A stretch of DNA of 64,000 nt from Calditrichia bacterium (GCA_963796965.1 CAWCNS010000011.1:512001-576000), one strand, 5' to 3'; shown: positions 9,473-21,487, numbered from the stretch's first letter. The notes: a model not told the origin generated them from the letters alone. Program-made: numbers and translations.

Positions 9473-10548
9473 TCACTTCCTTAAATAGTTCTGATGGACA
9501 TTCCTGATCAAATTCAGTCTTTTTTCGGCCAATCTTGCAGCTGCCTTTGCTGTTGTAATATCTTCTTTATCTGCAATATGATAAACCTCCATGAGAATAT
9601 TATAGATATTTTTCACCTTCTGGGTTACCCTTTCCCGTTATATTCATTAATTACTTCAAAAAATACATTTATAACCCCACCAGCATTAATCAGATAATCA
9701 GGAGCATAAAGAATATTTTTGTCTTTTAACTTTTGACCGTGAATTTTTTCATCGAGCAGTTGATTATTTGCACCACCTGCAATGATCTTAAATTTCATTC
9801 TTGGTATTGTATCATCATTTACTATAGCGCCCAGAGCACAGGGAGAAAAAACATCCGCCTCAACATCATAAATTTTATCTCCCCCCACTGAGGTTGCCCC
9901 AAAATCATCTACGATTTTATCCACCTGCTCTTCAAAGATATCACTAATAATTAATTCTGCACCTGCATCATGCAGCATTTCACACAAGTAATATCCAACA
10001 TGCCCGGCACCCTGAACAGCGACCCGTATACCTTTAAGATCCTTACGTTTGAGTTGGTATTTCACACTGGCCCGGATGCCTTCAAAAGTTCCAAGAGCAG
10101 TAAATGGTGAAGGATCACCACTACCTCCGAACTGTTCAGGAAGCCCTGCCACAAAGTCCGTTTCCATGTTGATATATTCCATATCCTCAACTGATGTTCC
10201 CACATCTTCAGCCGTAATATACCGGCCACCCAGACTTTGAACAAATCGTCCAAAAGCTCTAAATAGTGCTTCACTTTTATCCTTATTCGGATCGCCAATA
10301 ATGACGGCTTTACCCCCACCCAAATTTAATCCGGCTGCAGCATTTTTATAGGTCATTCCCTTTGATAGTCGTACAGCATCAGCAATTGCCTCTTCTTCTG
10401 ATTCAAAAGGCCACATACGGCATCCACCTAATGCAGGTCCAAAAATAGTATTATGAATAGCAATGACTGCATTTAATCCCGTCGCCTGTTCATGACACAA
10501 CACAATTTGTTCATGTCCATATTTTGAAATTGTTTCAAATATTTTCAT
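9473..10548 (-). CDS. ldh: Leucine dehydrogenase (Glu/Leu/Phe/Val dehydrogenase family); frameshift near 9630
   Basis: GPALGGCRM, GMTYKNAAAGLNLGGGKAV, YITAEDVGT, GDPSPFTA, VQGAGHVG, GGANNQL, PDYLINAGG; C-terminus continues in another frame to TGA at 9473. Confidence 0.9.
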
Positions 10549-12849
10549 TTCTATCCTCCATTAGAAAAAAAGGACAAATTATTTCCAACCTTCCATATTT
10601 CTGCGCATCCAAAACTGCAATTGCTGTCATATTGACAATATCATTTACTTCACAATTACGCTGTAAGACATGGATCGACTTATCTACTCCCATCAGGATG
10701 GGACCAATTGCCTCAGCACCTCCTAACCTGTTCATGAGTTTATAGGCAATATTCCCAGATTCAAGACTTCGGAAATATAAGCACATTGGCTGATCCTTTA
10801 AGATCACAGAAACTATAAATATTATTAAGAATGTCGGGAACCACTGCCGTATCAGCCTGCATTTCCCCATCAATCTCAAGATCAGGCCGTTGTTCTTTAA
10901 CCAATTTCGTTGCTTCTGCTACTTTTTCCGAGAAAGGATGTCTCACACTTCCAAAATTACTAAAAGATAACATCGCAATGCGCGGTACAATATCAAAATT
11001 TTTAACTGTCTCTGCGGATATAATAGCAATTTCCGCTAATTCCTCTGCTGTTGGTTCGATATTAACCGTCGTATCAGCAAAAAAGAAAACATCATTTTTA
11101 AATACCATCATATATAGACCGGCAACAACACCCAGATCTCCCTTAAGGGGGATTGCTTGTAAAGCAGGACGAATCGTATCCGGATAATGATAATTTACAC
11201 CGGCAATCATTCCATCTGCATCACCCATCTTGACCATCATTGCACCAAACAATCGCCAGTTGGCATTTAAGTTCTGTTTTTGCTGAGGAAAGCGTCATAC
11301 CTTTTCTGGCCCGCATTTTATAAAGAGCTTTTGCATAAATATTCAGTTTATCACTTTTAATCGGATCGATAATTTCTACATTTGAAATATCTACATTTAA
11401 TTCTTCACTACTCTTTTTAATAAATTTCATGTGAACCAAGATATGATCGGTTGCGCAATTTCTTCATCGTTAATAATCTGGCAGGCCCTGAAGATTTTTG
11501 GTTCCCATCCTTCGGGATATACAATTTTTTTTGGCTCTTTTTTCGCTTTATTTATCACTAACCGCATTATTTCTCTGGATTTGCCCAAGAAGACTTTCCA
11601 GATGCTCCTTGTAGGCATCAAAATCATCAATGGGTTGCCGGGCAACGCCTGTTTCAACGGCAGCTTTTGCCACAGCACTTGCTTCCCAGATCAACACGCG
11701 GGAATCAAAGGGTTTTGGGATAATATAATCTTTCCCAAATTGAATGGGTTTATCTCCATAGGCCTTGATCACAGAATCGGGAACATCCTCTTTGGCCAGA
11801 TCTGCCAACGATCTTACTGCCGCCAATCTTCATTTCATCATTTATGGCTGTAGCACGTACATCTAATGCTCCCCGGAAAATAAAGGGAAATCCGAGTACA
11901 TTATTGACCTGATTTGGATAATCTGATCGCCCCGTTGCCATAATTAGATCATCACGCACACTAATAGCATCGTCATACATTATTTCGGGATCAGGGTTTG
12001 CCATGGCCATGATAATCGGCTTGTCAGCCATGGATTTAACCATCTTTTTTGTACGAGATTTGCAACAGATACCCCGGCAAAAACATCACAACCTACCATC
12101 ACTTCTTCTAATGTGGCCGGACCATCACCATTCGCCAGTCTTTCTTTATAAGGATTCATTCCTTCCTTTCTACCTTGATAAACAAGGCCTTTGGTGTCAA
12201 TCAGATATAAATTTTCCTTTTTTACCCCAAGTTTGATATATAAATCAGCACAGGCGATTCCTGCCGCTCCGGCCCCACTAAATACAACTTTTACATCTTC
12301 AATTTTTTTATTCTGTAATTCCACGCCATTTAATAATGCCGCGGCAGAGATGATGGCCGTCCCATGCTGATCATCATGGAAGACTGGAATACTCATTATT
12401 TCTTTCAGTTTCTCTTCAATATAGAAACATTCCGGTGCTTTTATATCTTCAAGATTAATACCACCAAAGGTCGGTTCTAGTAATTTTACCGTACGTACAA
12501 TTTCATCTGGATCAAGCGTATCAAGTTCAATATCAAACACATCAATATCCGCAAATCGTTTAAACAATACGCCCTTTCCTTCCATCACTGGCTTTCCAGC
12601 CAGAGCGCCAATATTACCTAATCCTAACACTGCCGTACCATTAGAAACAACAGCAACCAGATTACCTTTGGCAGTATAATCATAGGCGGTCCCCGGATCT
12701 TTCTCAATCTCCCGGCAAGGTTCTGCTACACCGGGGGTATAAGCCATTCCCAGATCCCTTTGTGTTATACAGGGTTTTGTTGAAACTACTTCAATTTTTC
12801 CCTTCCTTCCCTCGCTATGATATTTAAGGGCATCTTCTCTTCGTATCAT
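10535..12849 (-). CDS. maeB: NADP-dependent malic enzyme with C-terminal PTA-like domain; at least 5 frameshifts; exact 3' end uncertain
   Basis: [73 protein letters not shown] spread over ORFs 11980-12861, 11750-12043, 11548-11826, 11427-11678, 11221-11439, 10761-11252, 10535-10879. Confidence 0.9.
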
Positions 12850-12977
12850 CTTCTCCTCCAAAATGAACAGTTTTTATTTTCCCGGCAGGTCATTTGTAAT
12901 TCCTGATATTCCCGGAAGAAACTAGTACTTTTAATAATCCTTTGTTATTTAATAATCTATTTAATTTATATTGGATT

Positions 12978-14358
12978 TCAATTGCGTTGATTTAAACTTA
13001 TAAGATCAATTAATTTGATATTTAGCTCATCCATTTTTCGATATAAGGATGAGAGACTTATACCAAGAATATTTGCAGATTCTTCTTTATTAATCCCCGT
13101 TTTCTGCAATATTTTCTTTATATGTTCCTTCTCAAAATAGGCTACAGCATCTTTTAGACGAGTAGGAATATCTTCTTCGATTTCTGCATTAATCATGTTA
13201 GGAGGTAAATCTAGTGGTGTAATTATATCACCATCGCATAATATTAATGCTCTTTCTATAACATTCTCCAACTCCCTAATACCACCCTTCCAGTCATGGT
13301 TTCGTAATATTCGCATTGTTTTATTATCAGGGTTCTTGATATGCCGATTCAACTCCTGATTATATTTCTTAATAAAGTGCTGAACGAGTAAAGGGATATC
13401 TTCTTTACGGTTAGTCAGTGATGGCAATGGAATTTCAATGACATTTAATCGATAATACAGATCTTCCCGGAAATTGCCTTTTTCTACTTCGACTGCCAAA
13501 TCCCTGTTGGTGGCAGCAATAATCCTGATATCTACTTTAATGGGATTGCTTGAACCTACAGCATAGATCTCCTCTTCCTCAATAGCCCTTAATAATTTCA
13601 CCTGCAAAGGCAATGGTATATCACCTACCTCATCAAGGAAATAGAGTACCCAAATTGGCAATTTTAAAGAATCCATCTTTGTCATTTATGGCACCTGTAA
13701 ATGAACCTTTTTTATGTCCAAAGAATTCACTCTCCATCAATGTGCCTACAATCGCCCCACAATTTATAGCAACAAAACGTTTATTCTTTCTTGGGCTGTT
13801 AAAATGTATAGCCCGGGCCACCAATTCCTTTCCTGTTCCACTTTTACCTGTAATCAGGACATTACCTTTGGTTGAACTGACCTTTTTAATCAGCTTAAAC
13901 ACCTCCTGCATTTCCTGACTTTGTCCTATTATATTATTGAAATTATATTTTTCATCAACCTCTTTTCTCAATGCCTGATTCTCCAAAGCCAGTTCTTTAT
14001 GTTTAAGCAGGCGCTGTACTTTGAGAATCAAATCATCGAAATCAAAGGGTTTTAATATGTAATCAAACGCCCCAATCCTTAAAGCCTCAATTGCTGATTC
14101 AACGGAAGCATGGGCAGTGATAATAATTACAGAAGTCTGAGGGCAGATCTTCATACTTTTTTTGATTAATTCTATTCCATCCATTCCTGGCATTTTCAAA
14201 TCAGTGATCAGGATATCATAGTCTTGTTCATTAAGAAACTTCAGGGCTTCACTACCGTTCGAAGCCATTTCCGTTTCGTATCCTTCTTCAGTTAAAACCA
14301 GGGAGACGGATTCACGGATAGCTTTTTCATCATCAACGATTAATATTTTGGACTTCAT
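12978..14358 (-). CDS. Sigma54-dependent response regulator (NtrC/AtoC family); frameshift near 13640
   Basis: Receiver domain (IVDDE, TDLKMPG, KPF), Walker A GKSGTGKE, GSFTGA loop, TLF/LDEVGD across the break, FREDLYYRL, Fis HTH. Confidence 0.92.
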
Positions 14359-14359
14359 A

Positions 14360-16068
14360 TTATTCCTCAATTTTATCCTTAATGGGTATATTTATCAGGA
14401 AAGACTTCCTTGCCCTGATTTACTCTCGACAGAAATATCCCCATTCAGTTTTTTTATAAATCCATAAGTAACAGTTAATCCAAGACCGGTTCCTTTACCA
14501 ACTTCCTTTGTTGTATAAAAAGGTTCGAAAATTTTATTTTGCATGTTTTGTGGTATGCCACATCCCTGATCAGAAATTTTTACATAAATGGTTGCATTTT
14601 CCACATAGGTTTTAACTTCAATCTCATTACCATAGCCTTCGCTGGCATCGACCGCGTTAATTAGTATATTGAGGAAAACCTGCAGGAGATGATCTGAAAC
14701 GAGGACAGTCTTTGGAACATTCTCATCTAATTCTAATTGATAGATAAGATCTTTTGATCGACGATCATAGCGGATTATGCCGACAGCAGATTTAATAATT
14801 TCATTAACATCACAGGGTGCTTCTTCATATGAAGAGGGGCGACTAAAATCAACCAATTCCCTTACTATTCTTGAAATTCTATCGATACTTTTCAGAATGG
14901 TTGATACATATTCCAAAGTTTGCGCGTCTGAATTTCTCCGTTTAATTACCTGTACCATAGATGAAATACTTGTCAGAGGATTGCCAATTTCATGCGCAAT
15001 ACCTGCAGCCATCATTCCCAAAGATGCCATTTTCTCCTGATGAGAAATTTGTGCCTGTGCCTGTTGCAACTCTCGTGTTCTACTTTTAATCTTATCTTCC
15101 ATACCCGAATAAGATTCATGCAGTTTCTCTCTCATTAGTTCAAATTCATCAGCAAGTATCTCTATTTCATCGTTGCTACTTAATTCAATCTTTTTATCAA
15201 ATTTTCCTTGTCTGATTTGCTGAGTTGCCTGAATGAGCCTATGAATAGGTTGGGTGATCCGACGTGAGAATATAATGGCAAGCAGAACGAGTATAATGGC
15301 AAAAAAGACATTGGCCAGTAAGATTCTATCCCTGAAAGTATTTAGTTCAGCATAGAAGGATTTCGTATTTATTCTGGTTATCAATACTGCCTGCTGATCC
15401 TTAAGCCAGGTTGATGCATAAAGAAAATCTGCACTTTTGATAATTCTTGTATACTTTAATTCAGATTTTGGCTGTAAAATAATCTGAGTCAGGCTCAGAT
15501 CATCGATTTCGGGCCTGGGCAGACTTGTGTCACCAATCATTTTCTCAGAATTGAGAAAATATGCAAAATTATGCATATTCTTAACACTGATTGATAATAA
15601 TTCTTCCACATCCTTGACCGGGACAGCAGCAGAAATTTTTGCAACAGGTGTATCAAAATGAAGGATAAGTGGGTTCTCAGGGAGAAGTAATGATTTCTCT
15701 TTATTTAATTTGATAGAATATTTATTAGTAAATCCAGTAGTAATAAAGAGGAACTCATTGTTTGTAAAAGTTTTTGCTGATAGAAATGAGCCAAAAGATA
15801 CTGTTTTTTCTAAACTTTCGTATTCCGCAACAACATTTTTGATTACATTGTCTTTTAGTTGAAAATAGATATTAAGTTCATTGGCATAACTTGTATTAAT
15901 TGAGCGGAGATGATCCTCATTAACGCGGCTGATCAGATCTTTGTTTAAATAATATCCCAATATGCTAAAAATAAGCAGAGGTAAAAAGGCGAAAGAAAGA
16001 AAGTAGACGACGATCTTGGTATTTAATCGCTTGAAAATTGTTAAAATTTGTGCAAACTTAGCAGACAT
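14360..16068 (-). CDS. Membrane sensor histidine kinase (periplasmic sensor, HAMP, HisKA, HATPase); frameshift near the C-terminus
   Basis: Two TM helices, HAMP (PIHRL..DEIEILA..F), AHEIGNPL, N box, DQGCGI, FEPFYTTK, GTGLGL; the last strand FLINIP..EE* is in the adjacent frame. Confidence 0.92.
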
Positions 16069-16302
16069 TAAATACCTATGATGATAGGAATGGAATAGAT
16101 ATTCTTAATGTTGGGAAAATATATCCTTTTTTTAAGATTATAGCAAGGACAATTGAAAATTTGTAAATTTATTTCTTAAATTTCATTGCATTTTTGAACT
16201 GCTATGTTTATTTTTCGTATAATATTTATAATGAGTTGGACAAAATAAAGAAGTTGATTTCAGACCATCTCAAATGGTATACACTTAATACGGAGGTTAG
16301 TT

Positions 16303-16854
16303 ATGAAGAACAAAATCCTTGCAATAGGGTTGATCATCGTTTTCTCCTTCACCCTTCTGAGCTTTGCCGGGGACAAACCGGAATATGTGGGTGCAAGTAA
16401 ATGTAAATCTTGTCATAATGCGGATAAGAATGGTGGTCAGTTTAAAAAATGGCAGAAAGAGAAACATTCTAAAGCCTACGAATCACTTAAATCTGATGCT
16501 GCCAAGAAAACAGCTGAGGCCATGGGAGTAAAGGACCCTCTCAAAGATGATAAATGTCTCTCCTGTCATACAACTGTAGGTAGCAAGAAAAATATAAACA
16601 AAAGTTATAAAGTTGAAGAAGGCGTTGGATGTGAATCCTGTCATGGTCCTGGAAGCCTTTATAAAAAGTCCAAAGTGATGAAAGATCAAAAAGCGTCTTT
16701 AGCTGCTGGCATGATTATTCCTGATGAAAAGACTTGTATAAATTGTCATAAAGCTGAGATCAAGGGACATAAAGTGAGTTTTACCAATTGGAAGGATGAA
16801 TACAAGAAAATTGCCCATCCAGTCCCACCTGAAAATGATCGACGGAAAAAATAG
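16303..16854 (+). CDS. Periplasmic tetrahaem cytochrome c (c554-like)
   Basis: Signal peptide; YVGA..CKSCH, CLSCH, EGVGCESCHGPGS, CINCH; RBS GGAGG. Confidence 0.9.
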   Translation: MKNKILAIGLIIVFSFTLLSFAGDKPEYVGASKCKSCHNADKNGGQFKKWQKEKHSKAYESLKSDAAKKTAEAMGVKDPLKDDKCLSCHTTVGSKKNINKSYKVEEGVGCESCHGPGSLYKKSKVMKDQKASLAAGMIIPDEKTCINCHKAEIKGHKVSFTNWKDEYKKIAHPVPPENDRRKK

Positions 16855-16911
16855 TGTCTATATTGCTGATGGGTTTTTAAACTCATGACAGCGATAAAAT
16901 AACCACAAGTG

Positions 16912-16944
16912 AAAGCCGTTCCATAGAGAGCGGCTTTTTTTTTT
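16912..16944 (+). terminator. Intrinsic terminator after the cytochrome c gene
   Basis: AAAGCCG...CGGCTTT stem followed by a long T run. Confidence 0.8.
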
Positions 16945-17012
16945 CGAAATTTTCTTGCATCCTATTATCATCACAACTAAAATTTATTATCATATAGACA
17001 TTAAGGACATCT

Positions 17013-18497
17013 ATGGAGCATTTTGGATTTTGGTCTCTTCTCCCGCCTCTGGTAGCCATTACATTAGCCATTAAAACGCGTCAGGTTTTTATTTCATTAT
17101 TATTTGGAATTTGGATGGGTTGGGTCATTCTCTCAAATGGAAATATACTAAATGGAACTATTAATACCATTCAGGCTATGGTCGATGTCTTTCAGGATGC
17201 AGGAAATACCCGTACTATCATGTTCAGTTCGCTGGTCGGCGCTCTCATTGCTTTTGTTCAGCGATCCGGAGGTGTCGAGGGATTTATAATCTATATTAAT
17301 AAATTTCTCATAAAGATCGAAGAGCGTAAAAAAACCAGCCCAAGAAAAACCGTGCAAATTATGGCATGGTTGACAGGAATTGCCATCTTTGTAGAATCCA
17401 GCATAAATGTTTTAACCGTTGGATCTATTTTTAGACCTATTTTCGACCGTCTAAAGATCCCCCGGGAAAAATTAGCCTATATTGCGGATTCAATTTCTGC
17501 CCCAACTTGTATATTAATACCCTTAAATGCGTGGGGTGCTTATATTATGGGATTGCTTTTAGCACAAGGTTTGGAAAACCCCTTGGGTACAATGATCAGG
17601 GCCTATCCGCTAAACTTTTATCCAATATTTGCAATGATAATCGTTGGGATCGTTATTTTCACCCAAAAAGATATTGGTCCAATGAAAGAAGCGGAGAGAA
17701 GGGCACGGGAAGAGGGCAAGGTTATAAGAGACGGGGCCACCCCCATGATTTCTACCGAAATAATTAGTATGGAAAAGGCGGATAATACGATCGCACGAGC
17801 AATAAATATGATTATTCCTATAGGTACCATGGTGGCAATGATGCCCATAGGCCTAATTTTCACAGGTTGGTCGAACGTAGAAAATATTAATACCTATCCC
17901 TTTTGGCAGCAAATTTTTCTGGCTATTGGAAAAGGTTCGGGTTCAACCGCTGTTCTATGGGCTGTGCTTTCTTCTATTCTTGTCGGAGCAATACTCTATC
18001 GAGCACAAAATATATTTAAATTACCTGAGATAATAAACCTGATATTCAAGGGTATTGGCGGGCTCATTCCTTTGGCCCTTCTGATGATGTTAGCCTTTGC
18101 AATAGGAAAAGTTTGTCGGGATCTGGGAACCGGTATCTATGTCGCCGAGGTCACACAAGCCTGGTTAAGTCCAAAATTTGTCCCTGCAATAGTATTTCTG
18201 GTGGCAAGTTTTATTGCTTTCTCAACCGGAACATCCTGGGGTACATTCGCTATTATGATCCCAATCGGCCTGCAAATGGCCCAAATGATGGACGCCAATA
18301 TTTATTTAACCATTGCAGCTGCTCTGGGTGGCGGTGTGTTCGGTGATCATAGTTCTCCAATCTCTGACACAACAATAATTTCTTCTATGGCCTCTGCGAG
18401 TGATCATATCGACCATGTAAAAACACAATTACCTTATGCCCTTATTGCCGGTTCTGCTACAACGGTGCTTTATCTGGTAATTGGATTTGTTATCTAA
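17013..18497 (+). CDS. Na+/H+ antiporter NhaC-family transporter
   Basis: SLLPPLVAI, REKLAYIADS, FSTGTSWGTFAI, GGVFGDHSSPISDTTIISS, HVKTQLPYA. Confidence 0.9.
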   Translation: MEHFGFWSLLPPLVAITLAIKTRQVFISLLFGIWMGWVILSNGNILNGTINTIQAMVDVFQDAGNTRTIMFSSLVGALIAFVQRSGGVEGFIIYINKFLIKIEERKKTSPRKTVQIMAWLTGIAIFVESSINVLTVGSIFRPIFDRLKIPREKLAYIADSISAPTCILIPLNAWGAYIMGLLLAQGLENPLGTMIRAYPLNFYPIFAMIIVGIVIFTQKDIGPMKEAERRAREEGKVIRDGATPMISTEIISMEKADNTIARAINMIIPIGTMVAMMPIGLIFTGWSNVENINTYPFWQQIFLAIGKGSGSTAVLWAVLSSILVGAILYRAQNIFKLPEIINLIFKGIGGLIPLALLMMLAFAIGKVCRDLGTGIYVAEVTQAWLSPKFVPAIVFLVASFIAFSTGTSWGTFAIMIPIGLQMAQMMDANIYLTIAAALGGGVFGDHSSPISDTTIISSMASASDHIDHVKTQLPYALIAGSATTVLYLVIGFVI

Positions 18498-18612
18498 CCA
18501 GGCACTTTTTCTCAGGAACGCAAAGGACAGCACAAAAAATTAAAGCAATCCCAAATAAAAAATCTCCAGGGTTTCCTATAAGATGAGAATAAATAATCGT
18601 TTATGAGCAATT

Positions 18613-19545
18613 ATGCATAAGCCGGGATATATTAGTCTGGCCGCCAATGGAGAATTGATGCGTCGAGCGGCATACTTAAAACAAAGACTAAAAAAATGTG
18701 TAATTTGTCCACATACCTGTGGGATTGATCGCAATATTGATAATTCTGGCTTCTGCCAATCATACAGCACCCCATATATTTGTTCCTACGGTGCCCATCA
18801 TGGTGAAGAGCCACCGATAAGTGGTTATAGAGGTTCAGGAACCGTATTCCTGGGTCGTTGTAATCTGAATTGTGTATACTGCCAGAATCCTGATATCAGT
18901 CAATTAATATCCCATCCGGAAGGATATTCGTCCTCAACTGAGGAATTTGCCCAAATAATGCTTGATTTGCAAAATTCAAAGGGTTGTCATAATATCAATT
19001 TTGTTTCCCCCTCTCATTTTGTACCTCAAATCTTAGAGGCTATTGCATATGCCACATCCTTAGGCCTTGAGATACCTCTTGTCTATAATACAAATAGTTA
19101 TGACCGTGTGGAAACACTCAAGATTTTAGAAGGTATCATCGACATATATTTACCTGATTTAAAATATAGTGACGACAGTATGGCCCAAAAATATTCGGGA
19201 ATTCCTGATTATGTGTCAGTTTCCCGCCAAGCTATTGCGGAAATGTACCGCCAGGTGGGATTATTAAAAACAGATGCTAATGGCATTGCCAAGAGAGGAT
19301 TGTTGATCCGTCATCTTGTTTTGCCAAACAACATTTCCGGCAGTGAGGATAGTCTAGAATGGATTGCCTCCAAATTATCTCCGTTAATCACCGTAAATTT
19401 GATGGCACAGTATCATCCTGCCCATAAGGCAACTGCTTACCCAGAATTACTGAATAGGCCCTCAGGAAAAGAATACATGAATTTAGTGAATACCATGGAG
19501 AAAATGGGATTTCAAAATGCCCTTTATCAAAATATAGGGATTTGA
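18613..19545 (+). CDS. Radical SAM protein, PflX-like
   Basis: CVICPHTC..R, HHGEEP.ISG..GSGTVF, CNLNCVYCQN, CHNINFVSPSH, DIYLPDLKY, IRHLVLP. Confidence 0.88.
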   Translation: MHKPGYISLAANGELMRRAAYLKQRLKKCVICPHTCGIDRNIDNSGFCQSYSTPYICSYGAHHGEEPPISGYRGSGTVFLGRCNLNCVYCQNPDISQLISHPEGYSSSTEEFAQIMLDLQNSKGCHNINFVSPSHFVPQILEAIAYATSLGLEIPLVYNTNSYDRVETLKILEGIIDIYLPDLKYSDDSMAQKYSGIPDYVSVSRQAIAEMYRQVGLLKTDANGIAKRGLLIRHLVLPNNISGSEDSLEWIASKLSPLITVNLMAQYHPAHKATAYPELLNRPSGKEYMNLVNTMEKMGFQNALYQNIGI

Positions 19546-19629
19546 GTTTGATAGAACTTTTTGTCATGACTTTTAAATCTGGGAATAATTTTCAAAAACT
19601 ATACGATAAATCAGTAAAGGAAGAATGAT

Positions 19630-20403
19630 ATGACACAGTTTGATGAAAAAGTTGTATTTATAACCGGTTCCAGCAGCGGGATTGGCAAAGCCTGTGCCTA
19701 TCGTTTTGCAAAAGAAGGGGCAAGACTGCTTCTATGTGCCCGGCGCAAAGAGAGATTAGATTCATTGGCAAACGATTTAGAAAGAATGTTTGGTACCAAA
19801 ATCTATACCTTTCAACTCGATGTCCGTGACCGTCAACAAGTAGAGGTAGCCCTTGAGGCTTTACCCGCGGAATGGAAATCTATTGATGTTCTCGTAAACA
19901 ATGCGGGTCTGGCCCGAGGTTTTTCCAAAGTTCACGAAGGCTTAATTGATGACTGGGAGGAAATGATTGACACCAATATTAAAGGGTTACTTTATATAAC
20001 AAAAAAAATTATCCCTTGGATGATTGATAACGAACGCGGCGATATAATCAATATAGGCTCGATAGCAGGCCATGAAGTTTATCCTAATGGTAATGTCTAC
20101 TGCGCCTCAAAACATGCTGTAGAGGCGCTTACAAGGGCCATCAGGATTGATTTACTAGGCACACCTCTTCGTGTTGCAACTGTTGACCCGGGAATGGTGG
20201 AAACGGAATTCAGCATCGTAAGATTTCATGGGGATAAAGAAAAAGCAGATAAGGTTTACCAAGGACTTAAACCACTTGTCGGAGAGGACGTTGCTGATGC
20301 TGTCTTCTATTGTGCCTCCCGTCCGGTACATGTTCAAATTGCCGAGATTATTATTTTACCAACAGCCCAGCGAACAGCAACCATGGCCCATAGAGAAGAA
20401 TAG
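19630..20403 (+). CDS. NADP-dependent short-chain dehydrogenase, YdfG-like
   Basis: TGSSSGIG, ARR, NNAGLARG, GSIAG, YCASK, PGMVETEFS. Confidence 0.9.
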   Translation: MTQFDEKVVFITGSSSGIGKACAYRFAKEGARLLLCARRKERLDSLANDLERMFGTKIYTFQLDVRDRQQVEVALEALPAEWKSIDVLVNNAGLARGFSKVHEGLIDDWEEMIDTNIKGLLYITKKIIPWMIDNERGDIINIGSIAGHEVYPNGNVYCASKHAVEALTRAIRIDLLGTPLRVATVDPGMVETEFSIVRFHGDKEKADKVYQGLKPLVGEDVADAVFYCASRPVHVQIAEIIILPTAQRTATMAHREE

Positions 20404-20568
20404 ATATCCAATAATTAATCCGTTCAAAGACAATATCATAAATTGATAGAATTCTACCAGATTATTGGTTAAATTTAATGCTTATATGTGAATAGTAATT
20501 TCACATTGATCGTTATGATAATGAATGGCATAATTGAATTAATATAAATATTTGAGGAGAAAGTATAC

Positions 20569-20853
20569 ATGGCCTATGTGATAACCGAACCCTGCTCAGG
20601 TGTATGTGATACTGCTTGTGTAGATGTTTGTCCCGTTGATTGTATCTATCCTGCTGAGGGATATAGCCTTGAGGAGGCTGATAAGGTAAAAATGCGTGCG
20701 GCAAAAGAAATGATGTATATTCATCCTGAGGAATGCATAGATTGTGGGGCTTGCGAACCAGAATGTCCCGTTGAAGCTATTTATCCTGAAGATGAAGTAC
20801 CCGAGAACTGGAAAAGCTATATTGAAAAGAATAAAAAACGATTTGGATTATAA
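20569..20853 (+). CDS. Dicluster ferredoxin (FdxA/7Fe-like)
   Basis: [19 protein letters not shown] and [30 protein letters not shown]. Confidence 0.92.
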   Translation: MAYVITEPCSGVCDTACVDVCPVDCIYPAEGYSLEEADKVKMRAAKEMMYIHPEECIDCGACEPECPVEAIYPEDEVPENWKSYIEKNKKRFGL

Positions 20854-20888
20854 GTAAATCTTCTTTAGGAACAAATTATGTTTTACCA

Positions 20889-20922
20889 TTCCTGGGGTTA
20901 TTATAACTCCAGGATTTTTTTT
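20889..20922 (+). terminator. Intrinsic terminator after ferredoxin
   Basis: TCCTGGGGTTA/TAACTCCAGGA stem followed by T8. Confidence 0.8.
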
Positions 20923-20997
20923 AACAAAATTTAATAGCGGCCGTACCTGATTTATCGTATTTTTATTTTATCAATTTGAGGGGATTGTCTTATAAAT

Positions 20998-21487
20998 ATG
21001 GCGAATATTTTTGTAATTGATGCCTGGAATGTTTGCTTTAAAATTCCGGAGATTGCTACCTTAATTCCGGATCAACTGGAAACGGCCAGAAATAAGTTTA
21101 ATATTTCTGTAAAAAGACTATTTTTCACAAAAAAAGATTACATTCAAAATAATATATGATGGTCAACCTGATATTTATACCAACAATAGCAAAAGAGATC
21201 CGTCAATAGCCTTTTCACGCAATCCGGAAAAAGCCGATGACTTAATAATCCGCTATATTCAGAAACAATCTAACAAAAGAGGCATAACGGTCATCACTTC
21301 CGATAAACAGCTGGCTATGCGTGCAAAAGATCTGGGAGCAAAAGTTCTATCGTCAGATTTATTTATCTCCAGGCTTCAAAAAAGAAACGTTCAGGCCGGT
21401 AAATCTTTCAAGCAAGATCCGCAGATCGGTGAGGATGAAATTAATTACTGGTTAAATAAATTCTCAGATGATGATCAGAGAAAATGA
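20998..21487 (+). CDS. YacP/Rae1-like NYN-domain ribonuclease; one frameshift near 21110-21135 (absent from ORF track)
   Basis: Hand translation MANIFVIDAWNV...IIYDG...FSRNPEKADDLI...VITSDKQLAMRAKDLGAKVLSSDLF...EINYWL; TGA overlaps the next ATG (ATGA). Confidence 0.8.

Noticed and set aside
12862..12977. Sigma54 promoter for maeB downstream of the NtrC-like gene
   Set aside because: No TGGC-N8-TGC-like element on the minus strand in this gap
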